44,026 bases of DNA from a virus. Its lineage: Duplodnaviria > Caudoviricetes. Within the stretch, counting starts at the first letter, position 1; the number at the start of each line of letters is the position of its first letter. The DNA lies in the IMG/VR virus record IMGVR_UViG_3300037762_000224, positions 1-44,026 of that record. The stretch is one strand, 5' to 3'. Below, piece by piece: positions 24,811 through 34,915 of the stretch. The notes under the pieces were generated by a model. The model was given only the letters and a program-made list of their open reading frames with translations, was not told the origin of the DNA and made no database searches. Made by a program: the position numbers and the translations under genes.

Positions 24811-25250
24811 GGTCCCGCCCGCTTGTACGTGAAGATCTGCGAATCGTCCCGCCGGGGGACACATCCGAACCCGCGGATGGCCTCCTGGATCTTCGGGTTA
24901 GTGATCCGCCCCCACACCCAGCCGTGGCTGTCGCACACGGCGTCGAACAGGCCCTGGATGACCTCCGGGTTGTCGGCGCCCATCCACCGGCCCCGATGGC
25001 CGCCGTATTCGCTGCTGTTGTCGTCGGCGATCAGATAGCCGACCACGGTGCTGGTGCCCTCGACGGCGACGACCACGACCGTCTCGGGGCGTCGTAGGAA
25101 CTCGGCGACCGCGGCCCTCGACGGGCCCGGGTGTGGCCGGTCGGCTCGCAGCGCGGTGATGTCACACACCCAGTCGTCCGGGAGCTGCCGGTCGTACTCG
25201 ACGATCCGGTCAACCCACAACGGGGTGTGGACTTCCTTGTACGTGGTCAT
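24807..25250 (-). CDS. Hypothetical protein, possible GNAT-like fold
   Basis: VVVVAVEG..VVGYL beta-hairpin and a late ...RGFG segment; fold call is weak. Confidence 0.6.
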   Translation of the reverse strand: MTTYKEVHTPLWVDRIVEYDRQLPDDWVCDITALRADRPHPGPSRAAVAEFLRRPETVVVVAVEGTSTVVGYLIADDNSSEYGGHRGRWMGADNPEVIQGLFDAVCDSHGWVWGRITNPKIQEAIRGFGCVPRRDDSQIFTYKRAGP

Positions 25251-28200
25251 GCGAACGGGTCCCTATTCATCTCGACCATCACGAAATGGTTGACCGGGGC
25301 GATCGTGTCCGTATCGGTGACATCCACATCCCACCCGAACGTGATGACGCTGTACCCGATCATCAGCCGGTTGGGGCCGTCGTCACGTTCCGGGTGCCAG
25401 AACGGGAAATAGCCGTACAGGTCAAACCCGTAGTACAAGCCACCGACGTTCTTCACCGGTATGTGCGTGTACAGGTCGTAGGGGCCTTGCGGCTGATCCG
25501 AATAGTAGATGGCGATGTGCTGCTCGAGATAGTTCATGCCGAGGGCAAGCCAGCCGGTCCGCCATCTGCGAATGTCCCATTCGCCGCCGTTGTTTCCACT
25601 GCCGACCGTGGTGCCGGCTAGCCAGGTTGTCCCGCCACCCGGGAGGTTGCGGAGCACCGGCGAGATCTGCGCCTTGTCCGTGTTCCACGTCGCCCCATCC
25701 CAGTAGGTGTAGGAGGCGAGGTCGTGCAGGAACCCGATCGGTACCCGCCAAATCTGTGAGGGGTTGATCGTCACCCCGTAGATGAACCCCGTGTCGGTGT
25801 CCGGGTAGATCGTCGAGGTGCGGAGCTCGGTGTCACCGAGCGAGATGATCGAATCGGTGGAGAAGTCGGCAGGGTCGAGACGGACGATGTGCCGGTCGAG
25901 AGCGTCGCCGAGCCCGGGCCCGGTCCGTTGGTCGCACACGATGTTCAACAGGCCGAGTTCCATACACCCGCCGATAAGCCAGTAGAAGCTGCCCGGGTTC
26001 TCCACCTGGTCGGAGATCAACGCCGCCGTCCCGACCGCGCCTGAGTAGAACTGGCCGGTGATGTCCCCGAACCCGTTGTGGATCAGGATCGAGTTGCGGA
26101 CCATGCCGATCGTCGAGTTCCACGTGTCGTCCGGGTCCAAGATCCCGGTGCCGGTATCCGAGTTGAGGGTCACCCACCGGCCGTCAGGCAACACCACGGT
26201 CTGGCAGCCGTCCGACGATTTCCATGTCCCGAACACGGCCCGGTTGGTACGGGCGTAATCGTGGAGCTTCTTCATCTGCTGCCACGCCTTCTGTTGCATC
26301 CACTCCTGGCCGTCAGGGCACACCTCGGCGGTCGTCCCCAAGCTGGTGTGGAGGGTTGCCCTGATGGTCGTGGCGATGGCGTCGGTGACCGCCGCGGGGG
26401 TGACGCTGTCGGCGCTGTCACGCCAGATGTGCAACCGGGAATCGAACAGTTGGCGCATGATGTGAAGCCGATGGTTGGCGCCCGGGTTCCACTCGCCCAT
26501 CTGGGACACATAGCCGTCGACGATCTCGACGGTGCCGTTCACCGTCCACGTCTTACCGGTCGAATCAGCGAAGCTGGTTATGCCCGCGTCCTGGACCGTG
26601 AAATCAGGGTTGGCGACCAGGGTGCCACCGATGCCGTTGCGGAGCTCCATCTTCGTGACCGACCCGGTGTACTGCTCGAGCGCCCCGGCGTTCACCGCAC
26701 CGATCTCCAACACGGCTGTACCGGCGAAGATCGACGTGTTTCCGGCGCTGGTCACGGTGGCGCCAAGCTGGGTCCATGACCCACCGATGGTCGGTGATGT
26801 GTAGAACCGGGTGGTCTTGTTGGCGCCGTCGACAACATCCATCTCGACCTTGATGGCACCACCGTCGGCTTCGAAATCGATCCCGTTGTTATCGATCGGC
26901 ACGGTCGAGGTGTGGATGCTGATCGTCGAGGAACCGGTGACCGACCAGGAGAACACGAGGTTGCCGGTGGCGTTCAACGTGAGCCGGTAGCTGCGCTGGT
27001 TCCCGGTCGTCAGATACTTGGAGACCAGCGACTGCGCCGACGTGAAATCGGTCGGCTGCAGCTCGATGCGCAGGTCGAGGTCGCCGACGATGTCAAGTGA
27101 CGCGGCATCGGGGGTCGACACGTAGTTGCCGGCCCCGCCAGGGAACTGGGCGCTGGCACCGGCCCCGCCGTACGCGGTTTCTATCGACGTGGCCTCGGCG
27201 CCGCCGACCCGGTCGTGGCGTTCCTCCAGGTCGATGATCGGGGCCCGCAGGGCGATCTCCTGGACCTCGTCGTAATGGCGGAGAGCCCAATTCAGGGCGG
27301 CGACGCAGCGGCCGTCGGCGGTCCCGTTGTCTTCGGCGATCAACACGACCCGGGTCCGGTCCGGATAGTTCGCCGCCAACGCCGCGTCGATCAACGCCAT
27401 GTCGGTGGCGTTCCCCCAGTTCGCGGGGGTGACCGCCAGCTTGTAGTAGGGGTGAACGTTCCAATCACCCGGGGTGTTGACCATCAGGATGGCGGGGATC
27501 GGCGCCCGGGACAGCGGCGCCTGCGGCTGAGGCAACCGCAGGCCGGTGATCGTGGGGGCGAACTCGAAGTCGCCGGTCGCAGTGCCGAGCACGGGAGCGC
27601 CGGCGGCAGGGAGGAGAGCGAAGGTGAGGGTCCGCCAGAAGTCGTTGGCGGCCATTGTCCCGAGCGTCACACCGGCAACGGTGGTGGCGATGGGGACGGT
27701 ACGGCTGACGGCATCGGACATACAGTCGCCGCCACGGGTGGAAATCAGCCGGCCGCCCATGTTGTCCCAGCCGGTAGGCGGCATCCCCGACGCCCACGGG
27801 TTGTCATCGTCGACCAGGACCATCGACACGACGAGCTCGTCGGGACCGGTCGTGATCACCTGCCCCGAAACGGGGGTGGCGCTCGATGTGGGCGTGCCGT
27901 TATTGGTGACCGCTTCGAACGGGTCGCCGGTGGTTACACAACCCCGCCACACGTAGATGCGCCCGTACAGGCCGGCGGCATTCGAACCGGTCGTCGACGT
28001 GGTAGAGGTCGGGTTGCCTTCCGCGCCAGTCAACCGTTTCCAGAACCAGCCGGTCGACTGGTTGCTCGAGTCGACCGGCGTCCCCAACACCGCCCAGTCG
28101 GTGGGAGTCGAGAACGTCGACGAGACATTGCACATGCACTCCATGACCGCGACATCATCCGCGGCGAAACCAGCCGGGATGACAGGAGTGATGCTCGTCC

Positions 28201-28252
28201 CCGAGTTCGCGTCGAACAGATCGCCGGCAGCGAACGGGGTCGGGGCAGCCAC
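25247..28252 (-). CDS. Large multidomain minor tail / receptor-binding protein
   Basis: 1001 aa: N-terminal virion domain, LamG/ConA-like insert, C-terminal propeller-like domain. Confidence 0.8.
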   Translation of the reverse strand: MAAPTPFAAGDLFDANSGTSITPVIPAGFAADDVAVMECMCNVSSTFSTPTDWAVLGTPVDSSNQSTGWFWKRLTGAEGNPTSTTSTTGSNAAGLYGRIYVWRGCVTTGDPFEAVTNNGTPTSSATPVSGQVITTGPDELVVSMVLVDDDNPWASGMPPTGWDNMGGRLISTRGGDCMSDAVSRTVPIATTVAGVTLGTMAANDFWRTLTFALLPAAGAPVLGTATGDFEFAPTITGLRLPQPQAPLSRAPIPAILMVNTPGDWNVHPYYKLAVTPANWGNATDMALIDAALAANYPDRTRVVLIAEDNGTADGRCVAALNWALRHYDEVQEIALRAPIIDLEERHDRVGGAEATSIETAYGGAGASAQFPGGAGNYVSTPDAASLDIVGDLDLRIELQPTDFTSAQSLVSKYLTTGNQRSYRLTLNATGNLVFSWSVTGSSTISIHTSTVPIDNNGIDFEADGGAIKVEMDVVDGANKTTRFYTSPTIGGSWTQLGATVTSAGNTSIFAGTAVLEIGAVNAGALEQYTGSVTKMELRNGIGGTLVANPDFTVQDAGITSFADSTGKTWTVNGTVEIVDGYVSQMGEWNPGANHRLHIMRQLFDSRLHIWRDSADSVTPAAVTDAIATTIRATLHTSLGTTAEVCPDGQEWMQQKAWQQMKKLHDYARTNRAVFGTWKSSDGCQTVVLPDGRWVTLNSDTGTGILDPDDTWNSTIGMVRNSILIHNGFGDITGQFYSGAVGTAALISDQVENPGSFYWLIGGCMELGLLNIVCDQRTGPGLGDALDRHIVRLDPADFSTDSIISLGDTELRTSTIYPDTDTGFIYGVTINPSQIWRVPIGFLHDLASYTYWDGATWNTDKAQISPVLRNLPGGGTTWLAGTTVGSGNNGGEWDIRRWRTGWLALGMNYLEQHIAIYYSDQPQGPYDLYTHIPVKNVGGLYYGFDLYGYFPFWHPERDDGPNRLMIGYSVITFGWDVDVTDTDTIAPVNHFVMVEMNRDPFA

Positions 28253-28272
28253 GTCAGACCACTAACGGGCCG

Positions 28273-28665
28273 TCAGGCTGCGACGTTGAAGCTGAAATCG
28301 ATGTCGCCGATCGGGATGACGAACTCGTCGCCGACTAGCACCGCGTTCGCCGTCACCAGCCCACTGGCACGGAACGTGCCCGCGGTGGACGCGGACCATG
28401 CGGTCCAGTGGGTGTAGTCCTCGGCGGTGTCGACCTCGCCGGTCGTCCACGTGATCGCCGTGTCGTTCGACATCAGACCACCCGACGCCGTGCCGAAACT
28501 GATCTGCTTCCGGGTCGCGTTCCCGGCCACCGCGGCCGTGCCAGCGGAGCCCGGGTCGGCGGTATGGAGCTGGATCCAGATCGCCGCGTCTGCGGTGTAG
28601 TTGGAGGCGTTGCCGAGCGCGTCGAGGAACGCGTTGGCGGTCGCCGGTGAAAGTCCTACTGCCAT
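28273..28665 (-). CDS. Phage virion (tail fibre-associated) protein
   Basis: IQLHTADPGSAGT...RKQISF...TH...WSASTAGTF, a widespread family pattern; AAAGGG RBS. Confidence 0.8.
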   Translation of the reverse strand: MAVGLSPATANAFLDALGNASNYTADAAIWIQLHTADPGSAGTAAVAGNATRKQISFGTASGGLMSNDTAITWTTGEVDTAEDYTHWTAWSASTAGTFRASGLVTANAVLVGDEFVIPIGDIDFSFNVAA

Positions 28666-28667
28666 GG

Positions 28668-29264
28668 TTATGCCCTTTCGTAAACGAAGATGCTGCGGAA
28701 CGTGTCGCCGCTGGCCCACGCCCACGGGGTGCCGGAACCCCAGAAGTTGTTGCCGATCGTCACCACGTTCTTACCGATGGTCTCGCCGTCGAGGATGACA
28801 CCCAGGCCAGAGGCACCAGAGGACGCGGATGCGTCGTAACCGCGACCGGCGTACACCCAGTCGGCCCCGACCGTCCCGGCCGTGAACGGCAGAGTCATGG
28901 TGATCGTCCCGGTGACAGACGAGCTCGTTCCGAGCGTGAAACCGCCCACGCCGACAACCAGTTTCCCGAACGCCAGATAGCGTCCGAACTTCGTGCCACC
29001 CGACCCGAGTGTCACGTTCGTGAAGGTGGGTACGTAGTTGGTGCCGGAGACGGTGCCGATGATGACGTTCAGCCACGACGCACCGTCGAACACCTCGAGC
29101 GTGTTGACGTCGGACAGGTACGAAACCATGCCCTCGATCGGCGACGTGACTGCCGAGGTGCGTGCCGCCGACGACGCGAATGGAGTGACGACCTGGTCGC
29201 GGACGTTGGCGTTGGACCAAGCAGCGGTGATCGTGGTCCCGGTAACAACGGTCGTGTACGGCAT
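28668..29264 (-). CDS. Minor tail / fibre protein, paralog B
   Basis: N-terminus MPYTTVVTGTTITAAWSNANVRDQV..F...AR..A..SP.EGM.SYL. Confidence 0.8.
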   Translation of the reverse strand: MPYTTVVTGTTITAAWSNANVRDQVVTPFASSAARTSAVTSPIEGMVSYLSDVNTLEVFDGASWLNVIIGTVSGTNYVPTFTNVTLGSGGTKFGRYLAFGKLVVGVGGFTLGTSSSVTGTITMTLPFTAGTVGADWVYAGRGYDASASSGASGLGVILDGETIGKNVVTIGNNFWGSGTPWAWASGDTFRSIFVYERA

Positions 29265-29902
29265 CAGACGGTCGGCCCCAGGTAGACGAGTTTGAAATTG
29301 CTCACCGATGCCTCGAGGGTGCGGGCGGCGCCGGCGTCGTGGGTGACCCGCACCTCGAGGAAATCGCCGGCGGTCAACAGGACCCCCGTCACCGCCACGT
29401 TCTGTCGCAGCGGGTTGGCGTCGGTCGTGTTGTTCAACTGGACGGACTGCTGGTCCTCGACGGTCCCGTTCTTGTAGATGCCGATACGCCGGTAATCACC
29501 GCTGGTCGACGACCCCCACGACACGCTCGACGACGATGAGAACATCCCGGTCCACAGAGCCGTCAGGCGGGTCGGGAAAGATCCGTTGAACATGCCGAAA
29601 GAGTCGTACGTGGAGTTCTGCCATTCGATCGGCGTGATCGTGCTGGTCGGGATCGACTGGTCGCTGGACCGGGTGACCCGGGCGGCGGCCCCGACGACCG
29701 GTTGCCACGCCGCCCCGTTGTAGAAATAGAACCGGTTGACGTCCCGCAGATAGGAGACCATGCCTTCGAGCGGTGATGTGATCGCTGCCGTACGCGACGC
29801 GGCGTCGGTGAACGGGGTGATGACCTGATCGCGGACGTTCGTGTTCGCCCACGATGCTGTGACCGTTGTCCCCGCGACCACCGTCGTGTATGGCACGGTC
29901 AC
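29264..29902 (-). CDS. Minor tail / fibre protein, paralog A (C1q-like C-terminus)
   Basis: Same N-terminal domain as paralog B; C-terminus YD..GMF...TRLT...G...LTAGDFLEV. Confidence 0.8.
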   Translation of the reverse strand: MTVPYTTVVAGTTVTASWANTNVRDQVITPFTDAASRTAAITSPLEGMVSYLRDVNRFYFYNGAAWQPVVGAAARVTRSSDQSIPTSTITPIEWQNSTYDSFGMFNGSFPTRLTALWTGMFSSSSSVSWGSSTSGDYRRIGIYKNGTVEDQQSVQLNNTTDANPLRQNVAVTGVLLTAGDFLEVRVTHDAGAARTLEASVSNFKLVYLGPTV

Positions 29903-30171
29903 ACCCCCATCGGGATCGGGTCATGGTCGAGCTCACGCACCTGGTAATCCACAGGATGCCCCAGGGCGTGTAGAGCCTTGCCGACGGCGACACCGACTGC
30001 TTCGCCCTCGACGAGGGCTTCGTTCCTGTTGGGGCACCAGCCGGCGTTCAACATGCGGGACTCATCTTCCCAGGGTTCGCCACCCAACATGACACACCAC
30101 CGCCAGCCCGGAGGGATCGTATGGTGGGCTTCGGTGTCCACCTGGTGGGCGACAACGGTCAGAAGAACCAT
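29899..30171 (-). CDS. Hypothetical protein
   Basis: PPGWRWCV...LNAGWCP...EALVEGE. Confidence 0.7.
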   Translation of the reverse strand: MVLLTVVAHQVDTEAHHTIPPGWRWCVMLGGEPWEDESRMLNAGWCPNRNEALVEGEAVGVAVGKALHALGHPVDYQVRELDHDPIPMGV

Positions 30172-32114
30172 GTCGAATCATCCCACGTGGCTGTGTCCCA
30201 CAAGTAGCTAACGAACGTCCCGTACACGGTCGCCGAGATCAGATCCCATGTGACCTGCCATTCGCCGGACTGGTCGATCGAATGGGAGATCCCGGAGATG
30301 TGACAATCCCGGACAATCACCTCACCGGTCGTAGCGGTAGCGCCCGGTGGCCGGCGGATGACCCGGATCTTGTCGCGGACCTTCCGGTTGACCGCCTCCG
30401 CCACCAGCCGCTCGTGGGTGGCCTGGCCGAGCGACCGGTTGCGGGGCGGGAAACTGATCTGGTCGATGCGCAGCTCGGGGTCTTTGGCGGCGGCGAGAAT
30501 GAAATCGCCAAGCCCGGATAGTTGGCTGTCCGCCTCGACCACCAGGTCATCGCGTGCGTACCGTGAATCGCCGTAGAGGGCTCTTGAGGTGACGTCTTGG
30601 ACGGTGACTGCCGGCGGCACGAACTGGGCGTCCTTTTCTTCTTCGGTCGCCGCCCTCGAGAGGGCCACGATGTTGACGAGGTCGGCGCCGTCGTAGGAGG
30701 GGGAGATGTCGCTGTATGGGAGTTCGACGGGGGCGGTGAGGTCGTCGACGATGTTGGCGTTCCCGGACCGGGTCCACGTCTTCCCGGTCGAATCGATGAG
30801 CGTGGTCGATCCGGGGATCTGTAGCGAGAAATCAGGGTTGGTGACCACCGTGCCGTTGATGCCGTTGCGGACTTCGGCGTAACGGACGTTGCCGGTGAAC
30901 GGCAGGATGGTGGAGATGGCGACGTTGGCGGTCGAGTTGAACAGCGAGGTGGTGCCGGCCCCGTTGACAACCCCACCGAGTTGCGTCCAGTTGCTGCCGT
31001 CAGCGGACGTGTAGAACCGGACGTCGTGGCTGCCGGCCCCGTTGTTGACGTCGAGCGTGACCCGCACCCACTGGTAGGTGCCGTTCGAGAACGTGGGCAC
31101 CTCGGTCGACGTGCGGGCGATGACGGCGCCGCTGGTCCCGTCCGGCGACCATTGCAATTGGGGGCGCCCGTCGGACGTGATACCGAACAGCCACCCGTTG
31201 TTGCTGGCACCGCCGGTCCATTGGGAGATGACCAGGACCCCGAACCCGCCCGGAACCCAGTTGTCCATCGACAGGTGAGCCCGAATATCAATGTCACCCG
31301 TGATCGCCAACGACGTGTGGTCGGGGGTGGAGGTGGATCCGCCGGTGAGACGGAGCACGGATGGCCAGCCGCCATCCCCGAATGTCGCCTGTATGTGGCT
31401 CGAGTCGGGATGTTCGACCAGGTGGTAGCGATCGTCGAATATGACGGCGCCGTCCCGTTCGATGTACAGGGCGCCGCCCTCAGAGTCGGCGACCAGCTTC
31501 ATTTCGGTCACGGCGTTCTGGTCGTGGACCGTGGGCTGCAGGGTGACCCGTCCGATGTCGACGTCACGTAGGCCGGTGTGGCCGGCGTTGTCGAGGATCC
31601 GGTGGATCCGATCACCCGCGGGTTCGCCACCCCCGATCGGCACGGTGAGGACACCGTCGAACCGGGCGAGGGACGCCATCTCGTCGACACAGCGGACGGT
31701 CATGGTGGCGCCGCCAGTGCGTGGCCCCGCGGCCTGGTAGGTCTCCTGCCACGAGATCGCATACCCAGTGAAGATGGGGACACCCTCAACGTTGATGACG
31801 ATCGGGCGCCACGGCCGGATGCCGGTGATCCCACCAACCATGTACGGCGACGCGGGATTCGACGGTGAGAACCGGCCGTCCTGGTTCTTCAATACCAGGG
31901 TGGCTGAGCCGGCGTTCCAGTCCTGCACCGATCTCGAGAACCCCCGGTCGGTTTGCACCGACCGCACCCACGCCGAGATGTCGGTGAACACGGTTTCGGG
32001 CCCCCACGTGCCGGTGCCCCACACGCTGGTGCCCCACACCCCGAAACCCGACCCGGCGGCAGAGAACCCGGCGAGCACCTGGATTTGGATGCCGTCGTAC
32101 CAGGTGACAGTCAT
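30159..32114 (-). CDS. Minor tail protein with LamG-like insertion
   Basis: Follows the tape measure; TDISAWVRS...RG...AGSATLVLKN.DGRFSP...ADSEGG.LY. Confidence 0.85.
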   Translation of the reverse strand: MTVTWYDGIQIQVLAGFSAAGSGFGVWGTSVWGTGTWGPETVFTDISAWVRSVQTDRGFSRSVQDWNAGSATLVLKNQDGRFSPSNPASPYMVGGITGIRPWRPIVINVEGVPIFTGYAISWQETYQAAGPRTGGATMTVRCVDEMASLARFDGVLTVPIGGGEPAGDRIHRILDNAGHTGLRDVDIGRVTLQPTVHDQNAVTEMKLVADSEGGALYIERDGAVIFDDRYHLVEHPDSSHIQATFGDGGWPSVLRLTGGSTSTPDHTSLAITGDIDIRAHLSMDNWVPGGFGVLVISQWTGGASNNGWLFGITSDGRPQLQWSPDGTSGAVIARTSTEVPTFSNGTYQWVRVTLDVNNGAGSHDVRFYTSADGSNWTQLGGVVNGAGTTSLFNSTANVAISTILPFTGNVRYAEVRNGINGTVVTNPDFSLQIPGSTTLIDSTGKTWTRSGNANIVDDLTAPVELPYSDISPSYDGADLVNIVALSRAATEEEKDAQFVPPAVTVQDVTSRALYGDSRYARDDLVVEADSQLSGLGDFILAAAKDPELRIDQISFPPRNRSLGQATHERLVAEAVNRKVRDKIRVIRRPPGATATTGEVIVRDCHISGISHSIDQSGEWQVTWDLISATVYGTFVSYLWDTATWDDSTWFF

Positions 32115-34915
32115 CGGATCCGAGCGGCGCTGCGCCCGTTGTTGGCGACGGTGTGCCGGGCGACCGTCTCAGCGATCTGACGGCCATCCAAATGCAGATG
32201 AGTGTGCACCTCGACGACACCGCCGGTGGAACGACCGGCGGGAGTGACGTTCTCGCCGCCCTGCAGGCCGTAGAACTTGCCGGTACGGTGCCCGACCCCC
32301 GTGATGTCCTCCGGCAGCCGGCCGCCGTTGTGGAAGTAGGAGAGGTGGACGTGGTCGGTGTGCGGCGACGGACCCGAATAGCTGCGAGCCCGCCAACCAG
32401 TAGCAGCGGACGCGAACTGCCGGTTCCAGATCCAATACTTGGCGCCCGCCTGACCCAGGAACCGGCCGATGATCTGGTTCGCGACGGCGCTCGAACCGGT
32501 CATCAGGTCGAGCGCCTTGCCCTTGGGGTGGTCGGAGCCGGGGACGGAGCCGCGGGAGCGCCAACCACCGATCGTCATCCACGGGAACAACGACTTCCAC
32601 ATGGGCATGTACTTGGCGGCGTAACCGACTAGGCCTCGGGCCGAACCGCTGCCCCCCGTGTTGGACGGGAGTTTGGCGTCCTCGCCCTTCACCCAGTTCC
32701 ACACCGTTTCCCGGAACTTGTTGCCGAGACCGCCCGCCAGCTTCCAGGGGACGGCGTCGAGCAGGGCTTTGGCGGCCGAGTTCACGGGCCCGAACACGGC
32801 GGTCACCGCACCCTGGCGGAGTAGGTCGGCGGCCCCGCCGAGCTTGTCGCCGATGGCGTCGATGGCGTCGGACAGGACTGGGATATCGCCGAGCCCGGAA
32901 CCGGTCTGGCCGGGCTGGCGGCCGTGGCCGAGCAGGTGTGCGATCTGCGGCGGGACATCCCGGCCGGTCGGACGGCTGCCACCTGCACCGCCGGCCCGCG
33001 GGGCCGTCAGGGTGCCAATCTGGCGGATGTTGGGAAGGTCGCCGGGCAGGATATTGATGACCGTGTTGATCCCGCGAATGAGCGAGTTGATGATGCCGAT
33101 CACACCGTTCACGCCACGCCGGACAGCCGACTTGATGCCTTCCCACACCCCAGAGATCGAGTCCCGTATCCCGTTCCAGATGCCGGTGACCTTGTCCCGG
33201 ATGCTGTTCCACACCCCGGCGAGCTTGTCCCGCACCCACCCGACCGCGGCCGACACCTTCGTCTTGATGCCCTCCCACACGTTCGAGATCCGGTCCTTGA
33301 CCCAGTTCCACGCCACCGACGCCGCGTTCTGGATCACCGCGTAGGCGCCACCGAGCACGAGGACGATGACGGCGAGGACACGTTTCAGGTTCCCGAGGAT
33401 GACCTGCCACACCCCGAAGAAGATCTGCTTGACCGCTTCCCACGCTTTGCCCCACTCGCCGTTGATGATCGCCAACACGAGTTTGATGACCCCGGAGATC
33501 ACGTTCATGACCCCGGTGATGATCATCTGAATCGCCGACCACGTAGAGGTGACGAACGTCAGGACGTCGTCGCCGAACAGCCGCCACGCCTTCTGCAACA
33601 CGTCAAGAACGGTGCTGACGATCCCGCCGATCACGTTCATGACGTGACTGATGGTCTCTTGGATCTGTGGCCAGATCTCCCGGACCCACCCGGCGAGCTC
33701 CTGGAACTTGGTGACGACCATGGCCACGAAGTCGGAGACGGCGGGGATGGCGGTCTGTTTGAACCAGGAGACGACGGCGTCGACGGCGTCACGGAACCAG
33801 TTCCAGCGGGTGTACGCGTAGACGACGGCGCCGGCGAGCGCGGCGATGGCGGCGATGATCAGGACGACGGGGGAGATCGCGGCGAGGAACGCGGCGCCGA
33901 GCGCCACGACAGCGAATAGGAGGGCTCCGCCGATGACGGTGGCGAGGACAGCGAACCCGACGGCGGGGTTGGCTTTGAAGAACTTGACGACCGCCTCGAC
34001 CACAGGCCGGAACCGTTCGGCCACCCCGGAGAACGCGGTCTTGACCCGCTCGAACGCGTTCTTGGTCGCGTCGATCGCCTCGGGCAGATAGGCGTTGAAC
34101 AGGCTGACCGCCCGGTTCACGATCGGGAACAGCTTGGCGCCCAGGTCTTCTTGGACGTTGCCGAGCGTGACCTTCAGGCGGTCCCACGGCGACGCCACCG
34201 CCTTGGCGGTGCCACCGAACTGGGCTTCGACCTCTTTCAAGATCAGTTTCTGGGCGCCGAGAATGTCACCAGACTCGGTCAACACCTTGATTTGATCGCG
34301 TTGCCCCTGCGTGAAACTGACACCGACCCGTTGCAGGGCGGTGATGCCCTTGATCGGGTCGTTCAACGCCTTACCGAGCTGGATGCTCGACGACTTCATG
34401 TCCTGACCCAACGCCACACTCATGTCGTTGGCGACGGTGACGGTCCGGTCGAAGATGGCGTTGCCCTTGCCGGCCTCATTGCGGATGTTCTTGAACGTCA
34501 GGACCAGGTTGGCGCCCTGCTGAATCACCTCATCGTCAACACCGGTGAGCTGACCCATCCGTTCGGCCAGGTTGCTGATCTGACCGGCGGATGTCCACGA
34601 CGCCGCACCCATCGTCTTGATGACATTCTTGGTTTGCTCGGCGATCTTGCGGGCTTCCTCGGCGGCCTTGAACGCGCCCACCAGCCCGGCACCCAAAGCG
34701 ACGACACCGCCAGCGGTGGCCAACGCCAGGCCCTTGGCGATCCGGTTGCCGGTCTTCGCCAGGCTGGCACCCATGCCGTCGAACTTGGACTTGATCCCTT
34801 TGGTGGTCCGGTCGAAGTTCGATGACAGTTTCTCGTTGGCGTCGCGAACCTTGCGGGCCGCCCGTTCCGCCGACCCCGAATCGCCGACATACCGGATCGT
34901 GATGTCCCTGGCCAT
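32111..34915 (-). CDS. Tape measure protein with C-terminal peptidase-like domain
   Basis: QLGKALNDP.KG..AL.RVGV; W/F periodic amphipathic repeats; SDHPKGKALD...HTDHVH. Confidence 0.92.
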   Translation of the reverse strand: MARDITIRYVGDSGSAERAARKVRDANEKLSSNFDRTTKGIKSKFDGMGASLAKTGNRIAKGLALATAGGVVALGAGLVGAFKAAEEARKIAEQTKNVIKTMGAASWTSAGQISNLAERMGQLTGVDDEVIQQGANLVLTFKNIRNEAGKGNAIFDRTVTVANDMSVALGQDMKSSSIQLGKALNDPIKGITALQRVGVSFTQGQRDQIKVLTESGDILGAQKLILKEVEAQFGGTAKAVASPWDRLKVTLGNVQEDLGAKLFPIVNRAVSLFNAYLPEAIDATKNAFERVKTAFSGVAERFRPVVEAVVKFFKANPAVGFAVLATVIGGALLFAVVALGAAFLAAISPVVLIIAAIAALAGAVVYAYTRWNWFRDAVDAVVSWFKQTAIPAVSDFVAMVVTKFQELAGWVREIWPQIQETISHVMNVIGGIVSTVLDVLQKAWRLFGDDVLTFVTSTWSAIQMIITGVMNVISGVIKLVLAIINGEWGKAWEAVKQIFFGVWQVILGNLKRVLAVIVLVLGGAYAVIQNAASVAWNWVKDRISNVWEGIKTKVSAAVGWVRDKLAGVWNSIRDKVTGIWNGIRDSISGVWEGIKSAVRRGVNGVIGIINSLIRGINTVINILPGDLPNIRQIGTLTAPRAGGAGGSRPTGRDVPPQIAHLLGHGRQPGQTGSGLGDIPVLSDAIDAIGDKLGGAADLLRQGAVTAVFGPVNSAAKALLDAVPWKLAGGLGNKFRETVWNWVKGEDAKLPSNTGGSGSARGLVGYAAKYMPMWKSLFPWMTIGGWRSRGSVPGSDHPKGKALDLMTGSSAVANQIIGRFLGQAGAKYWIWNRQFASAATGWRARSYSGPSPHTDHVHLSYFHNGGRLPEDITGVGHRTGKFYGLQGGENVTPAGRSTGGVVEVHTHLHLDGRQIAETVARHTVANNGRSAARIR

